DNA of 64,000 nt, taken from assembly GCA_963705305.1 (NCBI GenBank), contig OY970067.1, positions 4,192,001 to 4,256,000 on the forward strand, written 5' to 3'. Made by a program: the position numbers and the translations under genes. Shown piece by piece: positions 42,195 to 50,870 of the stretch. Below the pieces are notes generated by a model. The model was given only the letters and a program-made list of their open reading frames with translations. It had not been told where the DNA came from and made no database searches. Source of the stretch: an uncultured Methylomirabilota bacterium (GTDB lineage: Bacteria; Methylomirabilota; Methylomirabilia; Methylomirabilales; 2-02-FULL-66-22). Positions within the stretch are counted from its first letter, which is position 1. Each line of letters begins with the position of its first letter.

Positions 42195-42755
42195 TCAAAC
42201 CCTTGCCAGGTCCCGGCTGCGCTCGCGGACCAGCCACCCGCCCGTGCACAGGTCGAAGCACTGCATGCAGGCGCTGCACTCCTCCTCCATCCCCGGGACC
42301 AGGGCCGGGCGCCGATCGATCCCGCGCCCCTTGAAGTAGATGGCGTTCTTCTTGGCCACCTCCGCGCAGAAGCGCACGCACTTCCCGCACAGGCTGCAGT
42401 CGAGGTGCTCCGTGCTGAAGCGGGACCCGGTGATGCCCAGCTCATTGGCGAACTGGGTCGAGGCCGGCCAGAGCAGCTCGACGATCAGCCGGCGGATCTG
42501 GCGGATCCGGTCCGTGGCCGTCCGCACGACCAGTCCCTCTTCCGCTTCGTGCACGCAGGCTGCAACCAGCTTGCAGCGGCCGCCCCGTGCAATCTCCACC
42601 ATGCAGAGCCGGCAGTCGCCGGCGGGCTTGAGCCGGTCGTCGTGGCACAAGGTCGGGATATAGATCCCCGCCTTTCGCGCCGCCTCCAGGATCGTCATGC
42701 CCTTCTCGGCTGTGGTCTTTTTCCCGTCGATTTCCAGCTTGACTATCGTCTTCAT
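42195..42755 (-). CDS. NuoG/HydA N-terminal-like Fe-S subunit, no catalytic domain (module 2)
   Basis: IPTLC..GDCRLCMV..AC [2Fe-2S], CSLCGKCVRFC, CSACMQCFDLC. Only 186 aa. Confidence 0.88.
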   Translation of the reverse strand: MKTIVKLEIDGKKTTAEKGMTILEAARKAGIYIPTLCHDDRLKPAGDCRLCMVEIARGGRCKLVAACVHEAEEGLVVRTATDRIRQIRRLIVELLWPASTQFANELGITGSRFSTEHLDCSLCGKCVRFCAEVAKKNAIYFKGRGIDRRPALVPGMEEECSACMQCFDLCTGGWLVRERSRDLARV

Positions 42756-42777
42756 GGTCGTCCCCTTCCGGTGCCTG

Positions 42778-44685
42778 CTAGTGAGCAGACAGTGCGGGGG
42801 CCGGCTCGGGCTTCGCCGCCGGCGCCGCGGTCACCTTGCGGACCGCTCGCGATTTGTCCGGGCAGGCCGTCAGGCAGCTCCCGCACTTGATGCACAGCTC
42901 CTGGGAAATCACGTGGGGGGTCTTGGGCGCTCCCGAGATCGCCCCGGTTGGACACGCCTTGACGCACAGGTGGCAGCCCGTGCACTTGTCCGGGTCGATC
43001 CGGTACTCGATCAGCTCCCGGCACACCCCGCTCGGGCAGCGGCGCTCGCGGATATGCGTCTCGAACTCGGGCCGGAAGTGGGTCAGGGCGCTCAGGACCG
43101 GATTGGCCGCGCTGGTTCCTAGGGCGCACAGGGAGGCGTCACGAAGCAACCCGCACAGCTCCTCCAGAAGCTGGAGGTCGCCCTCGCGGCCCCTGCCCGC
43201 GGCGATGTTATTCAGGATGCGGAGCATTTGCCGCAAGCCCTCCCGGCACGGCACGCACTGGCCGCAGGATTCATGGGCCAGGAAGTCCACATAGAATCGG
43301 ACGGCGTCCACCATGCAGGTGTCCTCATCCATGACGATCATGCCGCCCGATCCCATCATGGAGCCGGCCTTGGTCAGCTCGTCGAAGTCCACCGGGAGGT
43401 CCAGCAGACTCTCCGGCAGGAAGCCGCCGGACGGGCCGCCCGTCTGCACGGCCTTGAACCGTTTGTCGCCGGGGATGCCGCCGCCGATCTTGTAGACGAT
43501 CTCCCGCAGGGTGATTCCCATCGGCACCTCGACCAGGCCGGTATTCCGCACCTTGCCGACGAGCGAGAACACCTTGGTGCCGCTGCTCCCCGGGGTGCCC
43601 AGGCTGCGGAACCAGTCCGCCCCCTTGGTGATGATCAGGGGAACGTTGGCCCAGGTCTCCACGTTGTTCAGATTGCTTGGGCACCCCCACAAGCCGCTGA
43701 TCGAGGTGTGCACGTACTTGGGTCGGGGCCTGCCCACGCTGCCCTCGATGGCATTCATCAGCGCGCTGGACTCGCCCGAGACAAACGCGCCGGCGCCCCG
43801 ATGCACGGCCACGTCGAAGTCGAAGCCGGAGCCGAGGATCTCCTTTCCCAACAGGCCGTACTGGCGGGCTTGCGCCAGGGCCTGGAGCGTGTTCTCCACC
43901 GCCAGCGGGTACTCCTGTCGCACGTAGATGTACCCCTGGTGCGCACCGATGGCGTACGCGCCGATGGCAAGGCCCTCCAGGATGCTGTGCGGGTTTCCCT
44001 CCAAGAGGCTGCGGTCCATGTAGGCGCCGGGGTCGCCCTCGTCGGCATTGACGATCACATACTTGGTCTCGCCGGGGGCATTGCGCGTGCTCTCCCATTT
44101 CACGCCCGCCGGGAAGCCGCCGCCGCCCCGGCCGCGCAGGTTGGACTTCTTGATGCGATCGATCACCTCCGCCGGCTTCATCGTGAAGAGCACCCGGGCC
44201 AGGGCGCCGTAGCCGCCGATGGCGATGTAATCCTCGATCTTCTTCGGATCGATCAGCGTGTTGCTGTGCAGCAGGAGGCGCATCTGGTGCGAGTAGAACG
44301 GGATGTCATCCATCGAGGGGAGCCAGCGCCCCGCCTCATCCTGGAAGACGAGCCGCTCCACAACCCGATGCTTGCCGAGCGTCTCGCGGACGATTTCGGG
44401 AACATCCTCCGGCTTGACCCCGAGATAACAGATGTTCTCCGGCTGGATGACCACGACCGGCCCCCGCTCGCAGAAGCCGTAGCAGCCCGTCCGCCGCAGC
44501 TCGATCTCGCCCTCCAGGCCAAGTCGGGCGATCTCCTCCGCAAAGGCCTCGGCGCAAGGCCCGGACTTCGCCGCCACGCAGCCGGTGCCCGAGCAGACGC
44601 TCACGCACCGCCGCCTCCGCTCGCGTTCGGCGGCTTTCTGTCGCTGCAATCCCAGCAGATCCTCGGGTGAACTCAGTCTCGGCAT
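42778..44685 (-). CDS. NuoF/HydB-like FMN/NADH subunit (module 2)
   Basis: CSGTGC..TGCYGFC, LRGRGGGGFP, NADEGDPGAYMDR, ESCGQCVPCREG, C-terminal 2x[4Fe-4S]. Confidence 0.95.
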   Translation of the reverse strand: MPRLSSPEDLLGLQRQKAAERERRRRCVSVCSGTGCVAAKSGPCAEAFAEEIARLGLEGEIELRRTGCYGFCERGPVVVIQPENICYLGVKPEDVPEIVRETLGKHRVVERLVFQDEAGRWLPSMDDIPFYSHQMRLLLHSNTLIDPKKIEDYIAIGGYGALARVLFTMKPAEVIDRIKKSNLRGRGGGGFPAGVKWESTRNAPGETKYVIVNADEGDPGAYMDRSLLEGNPHSILEGLAIGAYAIGAHQGYIYVRQEYPLAVENTLQALAQARQYGLLGKEILGSGFDFDVAVHRGAGAFVSGESSALMNAIEGSVGRPRPKYVHTSISGLWGCPSNLNNVETWANVPLIITKGADWFRSLGTPGSSGTKVFSLVGKVRNTGLVEVPMGITLREIVYKIGGGIPGDKRFKAVQTGGPSGGFLPESLLDLPVDFDELTKAGSMMGSGGMIVMDEDTCMVDAVRFYVDFLAHESCGQCVPCREGLRQMLRILNNIAAGRGREGDLQLLEELCGLLRDASLCALGTSAANPVLSALTHFRPEFETHIRERRCPSGVCRELIEYRIDPDKCTGCHLCVKACPTGAISGAPKTPHVISQELCIKCGSCLTACPDKSRAVRKVTAAPAAKPEPAPALSAH

Positions 44686-44729
44686 GGCGTCACCTCAGTT
44701 CCTTCTCCATAATTCAAGGGCACGGAGCC

Positions 44730-45902
44730 TTATTGCGCCTCTTCCGGGTCCCGGCCCGGCCCGGGCCCGCCGCAGTCCTCGGCCGTCGGGGTCCATGCTG
44801 CCACCAGTTCCCGGGATGCCGGCCCCTTCTCCTTGTAGCCACCGAAGATGGCCTTCAGCTGCTTCAGGGACGGGTTGCTGTGGTACTCCCCGTCGATCTT
44901 CATGACGGGGGCGAGGGCGCAGCACCCGAGACAGTGCACCTCCTTCAGCGTGAAACACAGGTCGGGGTCCGTCTCCCCGGGCTTGAGGCCGAGCAGCGCC
45001 GAGACGGTCGCGCCCAGCTCCCGGGAGCGGCGGACATGGCACGCGGTCCCCATGCAGACCTGGACGGTGTGTCTCCCCTGCGGGGTGAGGCTGAACGCCT
45101 CGTAGAAGTCGGCGATCTCGTAGATCTTGCGCACGGGCACGTTCAGCCGGCGGCTGATCCAGACCAGGGCATGCCGGGGCAGCCAGTGCTTCTCCTCCTG
45201 GATGTCCAGCAGGATCTGGATCAGGGCGTGCTTCTTGAATGCGTGGCGCTCGATGACGCGGTCCACCATGTGGAGGTCATCCAGCAGACCGGCCACCGCC
45301 TTTTCCTTCTCCCGGATCTGCCCCAGATTTCGCACATGGTAGTCCGCCTCCGCCTCCAGGGCGCGCAGCTCCGCGTCGAGGCTTTTGTCCGCCATCCCGA
45401 GCGCGTAGAACTCGCGCTGCACTTCCAGCCCCTTCAGCAGCACGTCGGGCTCGGTCACCGCCGCCGGCGCGGGGACGGCGGGCGGCTCGGGGGCAGGCGC
45501 GGGCGGCTCGTACTTGCGCATCCCCCGGTGCACCGCCTCCAGCAGCTGATCCGGGTCGAAGGGCTTCCGGAGAAAGTCCGAAGCGCCCAGCTTCATGGAG
45601 GCCACGGCGGATTCCACCGATCCGTAGCCCGTGATGACAATCGGAACGATCCGGGCATCGATCTTCGCCAGGGCCTCGAGGACCTGGATCCCGCTCATGC
45701 CGGGCATGCGCAGGTCCAGCAGGACCACCCGAGGCCTCGCCTGTCGCGCCATCTGCAGCCCCGTGTTGCCGTCGGTCGCGACGGCCGCGCGAAAGCCTTC
45801 TCCTTCCAGGGCCTGCCGGCAGCCCTCGCGGATGGACTCCTCGTCGTCGATGACGAGAACGTCCACGCCGGGACTCCTCGTGTCGGTTCGGGTCGTGTTC
45901 AT
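44730..45902 (-). CDS. Receiver (REC) domain fused to a NuoE/HydC-like [2Fe-2S] domain
   Basis: VLVIDDE, LLDLRMPG, ITGY, FLRKPF, then a linker, then LIQILLDIQ..VCMGTACHVR..VHCLGCCALAP in one open frame. Confidence 0.9.
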   Translation of the reverse strand: MNTTRTDTRSPGVDVLVIDDEESIREGCRQALEGEGFRAAVATDGNTGLQMARQARPRVVLLDLRMPGMSGIQVLEALAKIDARIVPIVITGYGSVESAVASMKLGASDFLRKPFDPDQLLEAVHRGMRKYEPPAPAPEPPAVPAPAAVTEPDVLLKGLEVQREFYALGMADKSLDAELRALEAEADYHVRNLGQIREKEKAVAGLLDDLHMVDRVIERHAFKKHALIQILLDIQEEKHWLPRHALVWISRRLNVPVRKIYEIADFYEAFSLTPQGRHTVQVCMGTACHVRRSRELGATVSALLGLKPGETDPDLCFTLKEVHCLGCCALAPVMKIDGEYHSNPSLKQLKAIFGGYKEKGPASRELVAAWTPTAEDCGGPGPGRDPEEAQ

Positions 45903-45960
45903 GGCGTGCCTCTCCTTGCGCGAAGGTCCGTTTCAATGCTGTGGACAAGCATCCGTGGGA

Positions 45961-45975
45961 GCAATACCGATGCCA
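45961..45975 (-). promoter_or_regulatory. sigma54 -24/-12 promoter for module 2
   Basis: Minus strand TGGCATCGGTATTGC (GG-N10-GC), about 60 bp upstream of ATG 45902. Confidence 0.85.
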
Positions 45976-46096
45976 TCCGGGGAGGCGGCGGTGATCCGGG
46001 CCCCTGGAACGGGGGAACCGCTGTTCGCGCCGGAGGTTAGAGGGAGCGCAGCGATGAAACGGCCGTCCCGCCGGGCCCCTGCCCTCCCGGAGAGCG

Positions 46097-46142
46097 GGTA
46101 CGTTTCCGGCCGGCGACACCGATGGAGGGGAGGAAAAGTACC
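46097..46142. promoter_or_regulatory. Candidate enhancer (UAS) inverted repeat
   Basis: GGTACGTTTCC-N24-GGAAAAGTACC, about 120-170 bp upstream of the -24 element. Confidence 0.55.
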
Positions 46143-46148
46143 AGGGGA

Positions 46149-47520
46149 TCAGTCGGGCGAGAGGGCGTACCGCTTCACCTTCTCGCGGAGGGTCTTGCGG
46201 TTGATGCCGAGGTAGTCGGCGGCCTTGGCCATCTGCCAGTGGAAACGCTCCAGGGACTGCGCGATCTCGCGGCGCTCGACCTCGGCGAGGTGGCCCTGGC
46301 CGCAGGCTTCATTCGCCTGGCCCGGGGGGGCGGCCTCGGGCATCGGGCTGTAGAAGAAGAGGTCGCCCGGCGGGATGGTGGCGGCCTCGGTCATGACCAG
46401 GGCGCGCTCGACCGTGTTCTCCAGCTCCCGGACGTTGCCCGGCCAGTCGTAGGCCTCCAGGGCAGACAGGGCGCCCTCCGTGAACCCGCTGACGCGGGGA
46501 TTGCGCCGCGCGGCGTACCGCCGGAGGAAGTGCAGCGCCAGCACGCGGATATCGGCCCGGCGCTCCCGGAGCGGGGGCAGGCGGATGGGGACGACGCTCA
46601 GCCGGTAGAACAGGTCCTCCCGGAAGCGTCCGGCCCGGACCTCCTCCAGCAGATCCTTGTTGGTGGCGGCGATGATCCGGAGGTCCACCTTGATCCGCTG
46701 CGTGCCGCCCACCTTCACGACCTCCCGCTCCTGGAGGACGCGCAGCAGCTTCGCCTGCACATCGGGCCCGATGTTCCCGATCTCGTCGAGAAAGATGGTG
46801 CCCCCGCTGGCCAGCTCGAATTTGCCCGTGGTGGTCTCGGTGGCGCCGGTGTAGGCCCCCCGGACGTGGCCGAACAGCTCGCTCTCCAGCAGGGATTCGG
46901 CCAGGGCGGCGCAGTCCACCACCACGAAGGGCTTGTCGCGCCGGTAGCTCTGGGCGTGAACGGCCCGCGCCGCCAGCTCCTTGCCCACCCCGGTCTCGCC
47001 CGTCAGGAGGACCGTGGCATCCGTGGGGGCGACCTTCTGGATCAGCTTGATCACCTCGGAGATAGCGGGGGAATCGCCGATGATGGTCTCCGGTCCCGAG
47101 CGCTCCTTGAGGGTCAGGCGCAGGGCCAGGTTTTCCATGGCCAGCTGTCTGCGGTCCAGCGCGCGCCCGACGACCGTGGTCAGGACCTCGGGCGTGAACG
47201 GTTTGGGGACATAGTCGTACGCTCCCTGCCGGATGGCCTCGACCGCCGACTCGACCGTCGCGTAGCCCGTGATGACCACCACGACCGTATTGGGGCTGTC
47301 CTCCCGCAGGCGGGCCAGCACTTCCATCCCGCCCATCCCGGGCATCTTGAGGTCGAGCAGCACGACGTTCGAACGACTCCTCGTGCACGGCCCGCAGGCC
47401 CGCCCGGCCGTCGGCTGCGGTCTGTACGCGATAGCCCTCGGCCTCCAGCGCCTGGCGGCACCCCTCCCGTATGGATCCCTCGTCGTCCAGGACGAGGATG
47501 TTCGCCGCTGTCCGGCTCAT
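46149..47520 (-). CDS. NtrC-family sigma54 response regulator (single +1 frameshift at about 47368)
   Basis: REC (ILVLDDE, LLDLKMPG), [31 protein letters not shown], Fis HTH. TTCGAACGTC restores to F-D-V if one A is removed. Confidence 0.9.
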
Positions 47521-49442
47521 GACGGCCGCTCCGCGACAGGGAGACGGATGAAGAAGGTGGTGCCGCGGCCGACCTGGCTGGTGACCCAGATCGTGCCGCC
47601 ATGATTTTCGACGATCCCCCGGCTGATGGACAGGCCGAGCCCGGTGCCCCGGCCGACCTCTTTGGTGGTGAAGAACGGTTCGAACAGACGGTCCAGGTTT
47701 TCCGCCGGGATGCCGCAGCCGGTGTCCCCCACGCTGATCTGGAGCGCCTCCCCCTGCTCGGTCGGCTGGGTGGCGAGGCTTAGCTTTCCCTTGCCCTCCA
47801 TGGCCTCGACCGCGTTAAGGATCAGGTTGATGAACACCTGCTGGAGCTGCGACGCATCCACGCGCACGGGGGGCGCCTCCGGCGCATACCGGCGGATGAC
47901 CTGCACGTCGTGGAACATGGCCTGATGCTCGACGAGCTGAAGGGTCTTGTCCATGAGTTCGGCGACATCGAGCAGCTCCGGCTTGAGCTCGCGCTGGCGG
48001 GAGAAATCCAGCAGCCCCTGGACGATCCGCTGGCAGCGCGCGGCCTCTCCCGCGATCCGCTCCAGGTTCTCGCGCTGCGGGGCGTCGGCTGCGGTCTTGC
48101 GGAGCAGGAGATTGCTGAAGAGCATGATGCCGCCCAGCGGATTGTTGAGCTCGTGGGCCACGCCCGCCGCCAGCCGTCCCACCAGGGCCAGCCGCTCCGC
48201 CTTGCCGACCCGCTCCTGGGTTCGGTACTTCAGCTGGAGGTCCCGCTCCTGAATGGCGGCCGCCATCCGGTTGAACCCCTCCCCCAGCTCCCCGAACTCC
48301 CGGATGGTGCCGTCCGGGTCGACCCGCCGGCCCAGGTTCCCGGCCCCCAGACCGCGGACCCCGTCGACCAGTCCGCGGATCGGATGCATGATCTTCCGCG
48401 CCATGAAGCCGGTGATGGCCAGCGAGAGCAGGACGCCGCCCAAGGTGATGCCGAAGAACAACGCAAAGGCGTCTGCGCGGACGGCCGTGAACTTGCTCTC
48501 GGGAATCCCGACGGCCAGGATGCCGACGACCGCGCCGGTGACATCCCGGATAGGCTCGTAGGCGGTGATGTGCCGCTCGCCGACGACCGTGGCCGGGGCC
48601 ACAAACGGCTTCCCCTCCGCCAGCACGCGCTGCCGGACAGCCTGGTCCAGGCGTGTGCCGAGGGCCGGCCGGCCGTCCCCCAGCTTGGCGTTGGTGGCAA
48701 TCCGGATGTCCCCCAGGCAGATCGTCCCCTCGCCCACCTCCTGCTCCCGGTACGTCTCCCCCTGGTAGGCCGTGCGCTTGATCTCGTCCACGATCCCGGT
48801 GTCGCGGTTGAGGAGTCTGGCCCCGTAGAGGATGCCCAGGCGCCGGCCGTCATCCGCCACGATCGCTGCGGCGGCGCTGAGCAGCATCCCCGACTCCAGG
48901 TCGGGGGCGACCTTCGGGGGGGTCCCGCTCACCGGCAGGATCGGAATGCGGGCCTGCCGGGCCAGCTCCGGGTCCTCGCGCTCCAGCGCCCTATGCCCCG
49001 CGATCGTGGTCGCCGCCATGACCTCCCGTCCGGCGATGACTGCCCGGATGACCGGATCCTCTGCCAGGTCGTCTCCCTCCGCCTTGGGACTCTGAACGCG
49101 CAGGAGGACACGGCCCTGCGGATCGGTCACATCCAGGATGTCCAGCGATTCCCGCGCTCGCACGGCGGCCAGCTCGCGCGACACGGGGGTGAGGCGTCCC
49201 CGCTCGAGCGCTTCATGGATCACCGGGTTGGCCGCGTTCAGGCGGACCGAGTTTCGCACCTCGCCCAGCGCGCCACGGTACACGAGGCGGGCCGCGCTCA
49301 GGTCGTGGCGGGCGCTGTCCTGGGCCTGGTTGGTCACGACCCTGACGATCATCCAGGCCCCCACGAAGCTCGACACCAGCCCGATGGTGAGGATGGCCGC
49401 CAGGAACCCCATCACCAGCCGGGCGTGCAGGCCCAGCCTCAT
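47517..49442 (-). CDS. Sensor histidine kinase (Cache + HAMP + HisKA + HATPase)
   Basis: Two TM segments, AHELNNPL, NLILNA, DTGCGI, PFFTTK, GTGLGL. Confidence 0.93.
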   Translation of the reverse strand: MRLGLHARLVMGFLAAILTIGLVSSFVGAWMIVRVVTNQAQDSARHDLSAARLVYRGALGEVRNSVRLNAANPVIHEALERGRLTPVSRELAAVRARESLDILDVTDPQGRVLLRVQSPKAEGDDLAEDPVIRAVIAGREVMAATTIAGHRALEREDPELARQARIPILPVSGTPPKVAPDLESGMLLSAAAAIVADDGRRLGILYGARLLNRDTGIVDEIKRTAYQGETYREQEVGEGTICLGDIRIATNAKLGDGRPALGTRLDQAVRQRVLAEGKPFVAPATVVGERHITAYEPIRDVTGAVVGILAVGIPESKFTAVRADAFALFFGITLGGVLLSLAITGFMARKIMHPIRGLVDGVRGLGAGNLGRRVDPDGTIREFGELGEGFNRMAAAIQERDLQLKYRTQERVGKAERLALVGRLAAGVAHELNNPLGGIMLFSNLLLRKTAADAPQRENLERIAGEAARCQRIVQGLLDFSRQRELKPELLDVAELMDKTLQLVEHQAMFHDVQVIRRYAPEAPPVRVDASQLQQVFINLILNAVEAMEGKGKLSLATQPTEQGEALQISVGDTGCGIPAENLDRLFEPFFTTKEVGRGTGLGLSISRGIVENHGGTIWVTSQVGRGTTFFIRLPVAERPS

Positions 49443-49906
49443 CCTGCCGCGACCTCCTCTCGGGCCGCCGCTCGATCGCCGGCCCCTTCCCGGGCGGACG
49501 CCTCCGGCAGGAACTCCAGGGCGCGCGTCGGACAGAACGGGACGCAGCGCGGCTCGCCGCCGCACAGATCGCACTTGGCCGGCCGCTGCGCGAACCCATC
49601 CCACGCCAGGTTGCCGAACGGGCAGGCCGCCACGCAGACGGCGCAGCGGATGCAGCGCTCCTCGAGCACGCGGATGGCGCCGGTCTGCTGATCCCGGACG
49701 AGGGCGTTCGTGGGGCACAGGGCCGCGCAGGCGGCCTCGTGGCACTGCAGACAGGTCAGCGGGATGCCTTGCTCCACGCCCCGGCGCACCACGTGAATGC
49801 GCGGGATTCCCGGCAGGCCCGCCTGCCCATGGCTGAACGCGCAGGCGAGCTCGCACTTGCCGCAGGCAATGCACCGCTCGACGGTCACGCGGAAGATCCC
49901 ACCCAT
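49439..49906 (-). CDS. 4x[4Fe-4S] electron-transfer protein (CooF/HydN-like)
   Basis: CIACGKCELAC, CLQCHEAACAALCP, CIRCAVCVAACP, KCDLC..CVPFCP. Confidence 0.9.
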   Translation of the reverse strand: MGGIFRVTVERCIACGKCELACAFSHGQAGLPGIPRIHVVRRGVEQGIPLTCLQCHEAACAALCPTNALVRDQQTGAIRVLEERCIRCAVCVAACPFGNLAWDGFAQRPAKCDLCGGEPRCVPFCPTRALEFLPEASAREGAGDRAAAREEVAAG

Positions 49907-49917
49907 ACGCTCTTCTC

Positions 49918-50072
49918 CTAGGCTCCTCAAATCTCCATTTCGCCCAGGCTGCTCAAAAGGGCCCAGATGCAAGGCGGTCCGCGATGGGCCGAGTGAGGCG
50001 TACTTCCGGTACGCCGCAGCGAGTGCCCGAGCGGGCCAACGCAGCAGATGGGACTTTTTCAGCAGCCTGTTA
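49918..50072. repeat. MITE/REP-like element, copy D
   Basis: CAGGCTGCTCAAAAGGGCCCAGATGCAAGGCG...CTTTTTCAGCAGCCTG. Confidence 0.85.
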
Positions 50073-50870
50073 TCCGCTCGCGCCCAGCCGCGCGATGGTC
50101 GCCGCCGTGGCGGCCCGCTTGCAGGCGTCGCAGGTCTCGAATTCCCGGCGCGGCACTTGCGAGCGGCCGGCCCAGTAGTCGGCCTGAGCAATCGTGATGT
50201 GGGCCCGACCGCACACCGGGCAGCGCAGCATTGCGAAGCTTTTCCCCCAGATGCGCCGCTCGGCGTCGGATTGCTCGAAGGGGATGTGGCCGGTCGGACA
50301 GATCTCCGCACAGGCCAGACAGCCGATGCAGTCCGGCGGCGGCTGCCCGAACGGCGGGGCCACCGCCTTGGCGACGCCACGCTCCACCAGCGAGATCGCC
50401 GAGACACCCAACCGGTCGCAGACGCGCGTGCACAGGCCGCACAGGATGCAATCGGTGGGCTCGCTGCTTACCCGGTGGCTGGTTTCCGCGATGCCGTATG
50501 ACCGGGCCAGCCGCTGGATCAACGGCGCATCCGGGCAGCGGGCCAGCAGCAGGTCCAGGATCTCGCGGCGGGCGGCCCGCACCCGCTCCGAATCCGTGAG
50601 GACGATCAGTCCCTCCTCGGCCGGGTACATGCACGAGACGACCATGCGGTACTGGCCATCCCAACCCTCCCGTGTGATGTCCACCAGGCACAGCCGGCAG
50701 GCGCCCCAGGGCTCGACCGCCTCGTGGTGACACAGGGCCGGGATGTCGATGCCCGCCGCGCGCGCGGCCTGCAGCAGGCTGGCCCCGGCCGCCGCCCGAA
50801 CAGGCCTTCCGTTCACGGTCAGGGCGACTCGGCCGGCCCCGGGCGCGGCGGTCCTGCGGAGGAGATCCAT
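50070..50870 (-). CDS. NuoG/HydA N-terminal-like Fe-S subunit, no catalytic domain (module 1)
   Basis: IPALC..GACRLC..SC, CILCGLCTRVC, CIGCLACAEICP, extra C-terminal CPVC..CDAC. TGATG coupling to the upstream gene. Confidence 0.88.
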   Translation of the reverse strand: MDLLRRTAAPGAGRVALTVNGRPVRAAAGASLLQAARAAGIDIPALCHHEAVEPWGACRLCLVDITREGWDGQYRMVVSCMYPAEEGLIVLTDSERVRAARREILDLLLARCPDAPLIQRLARSYGIAETSHRVSSEPTDCILCGLCTRVCDRLGVSAISLVERGVAKAVAPPFGQPPPDCIGCLACAEICPTGHIPFEQSDAERRIWGKSFAMLRCPVCGRAHITIAQADYWAGRSQVPRREFETCDACKRAATAATIARLGASG

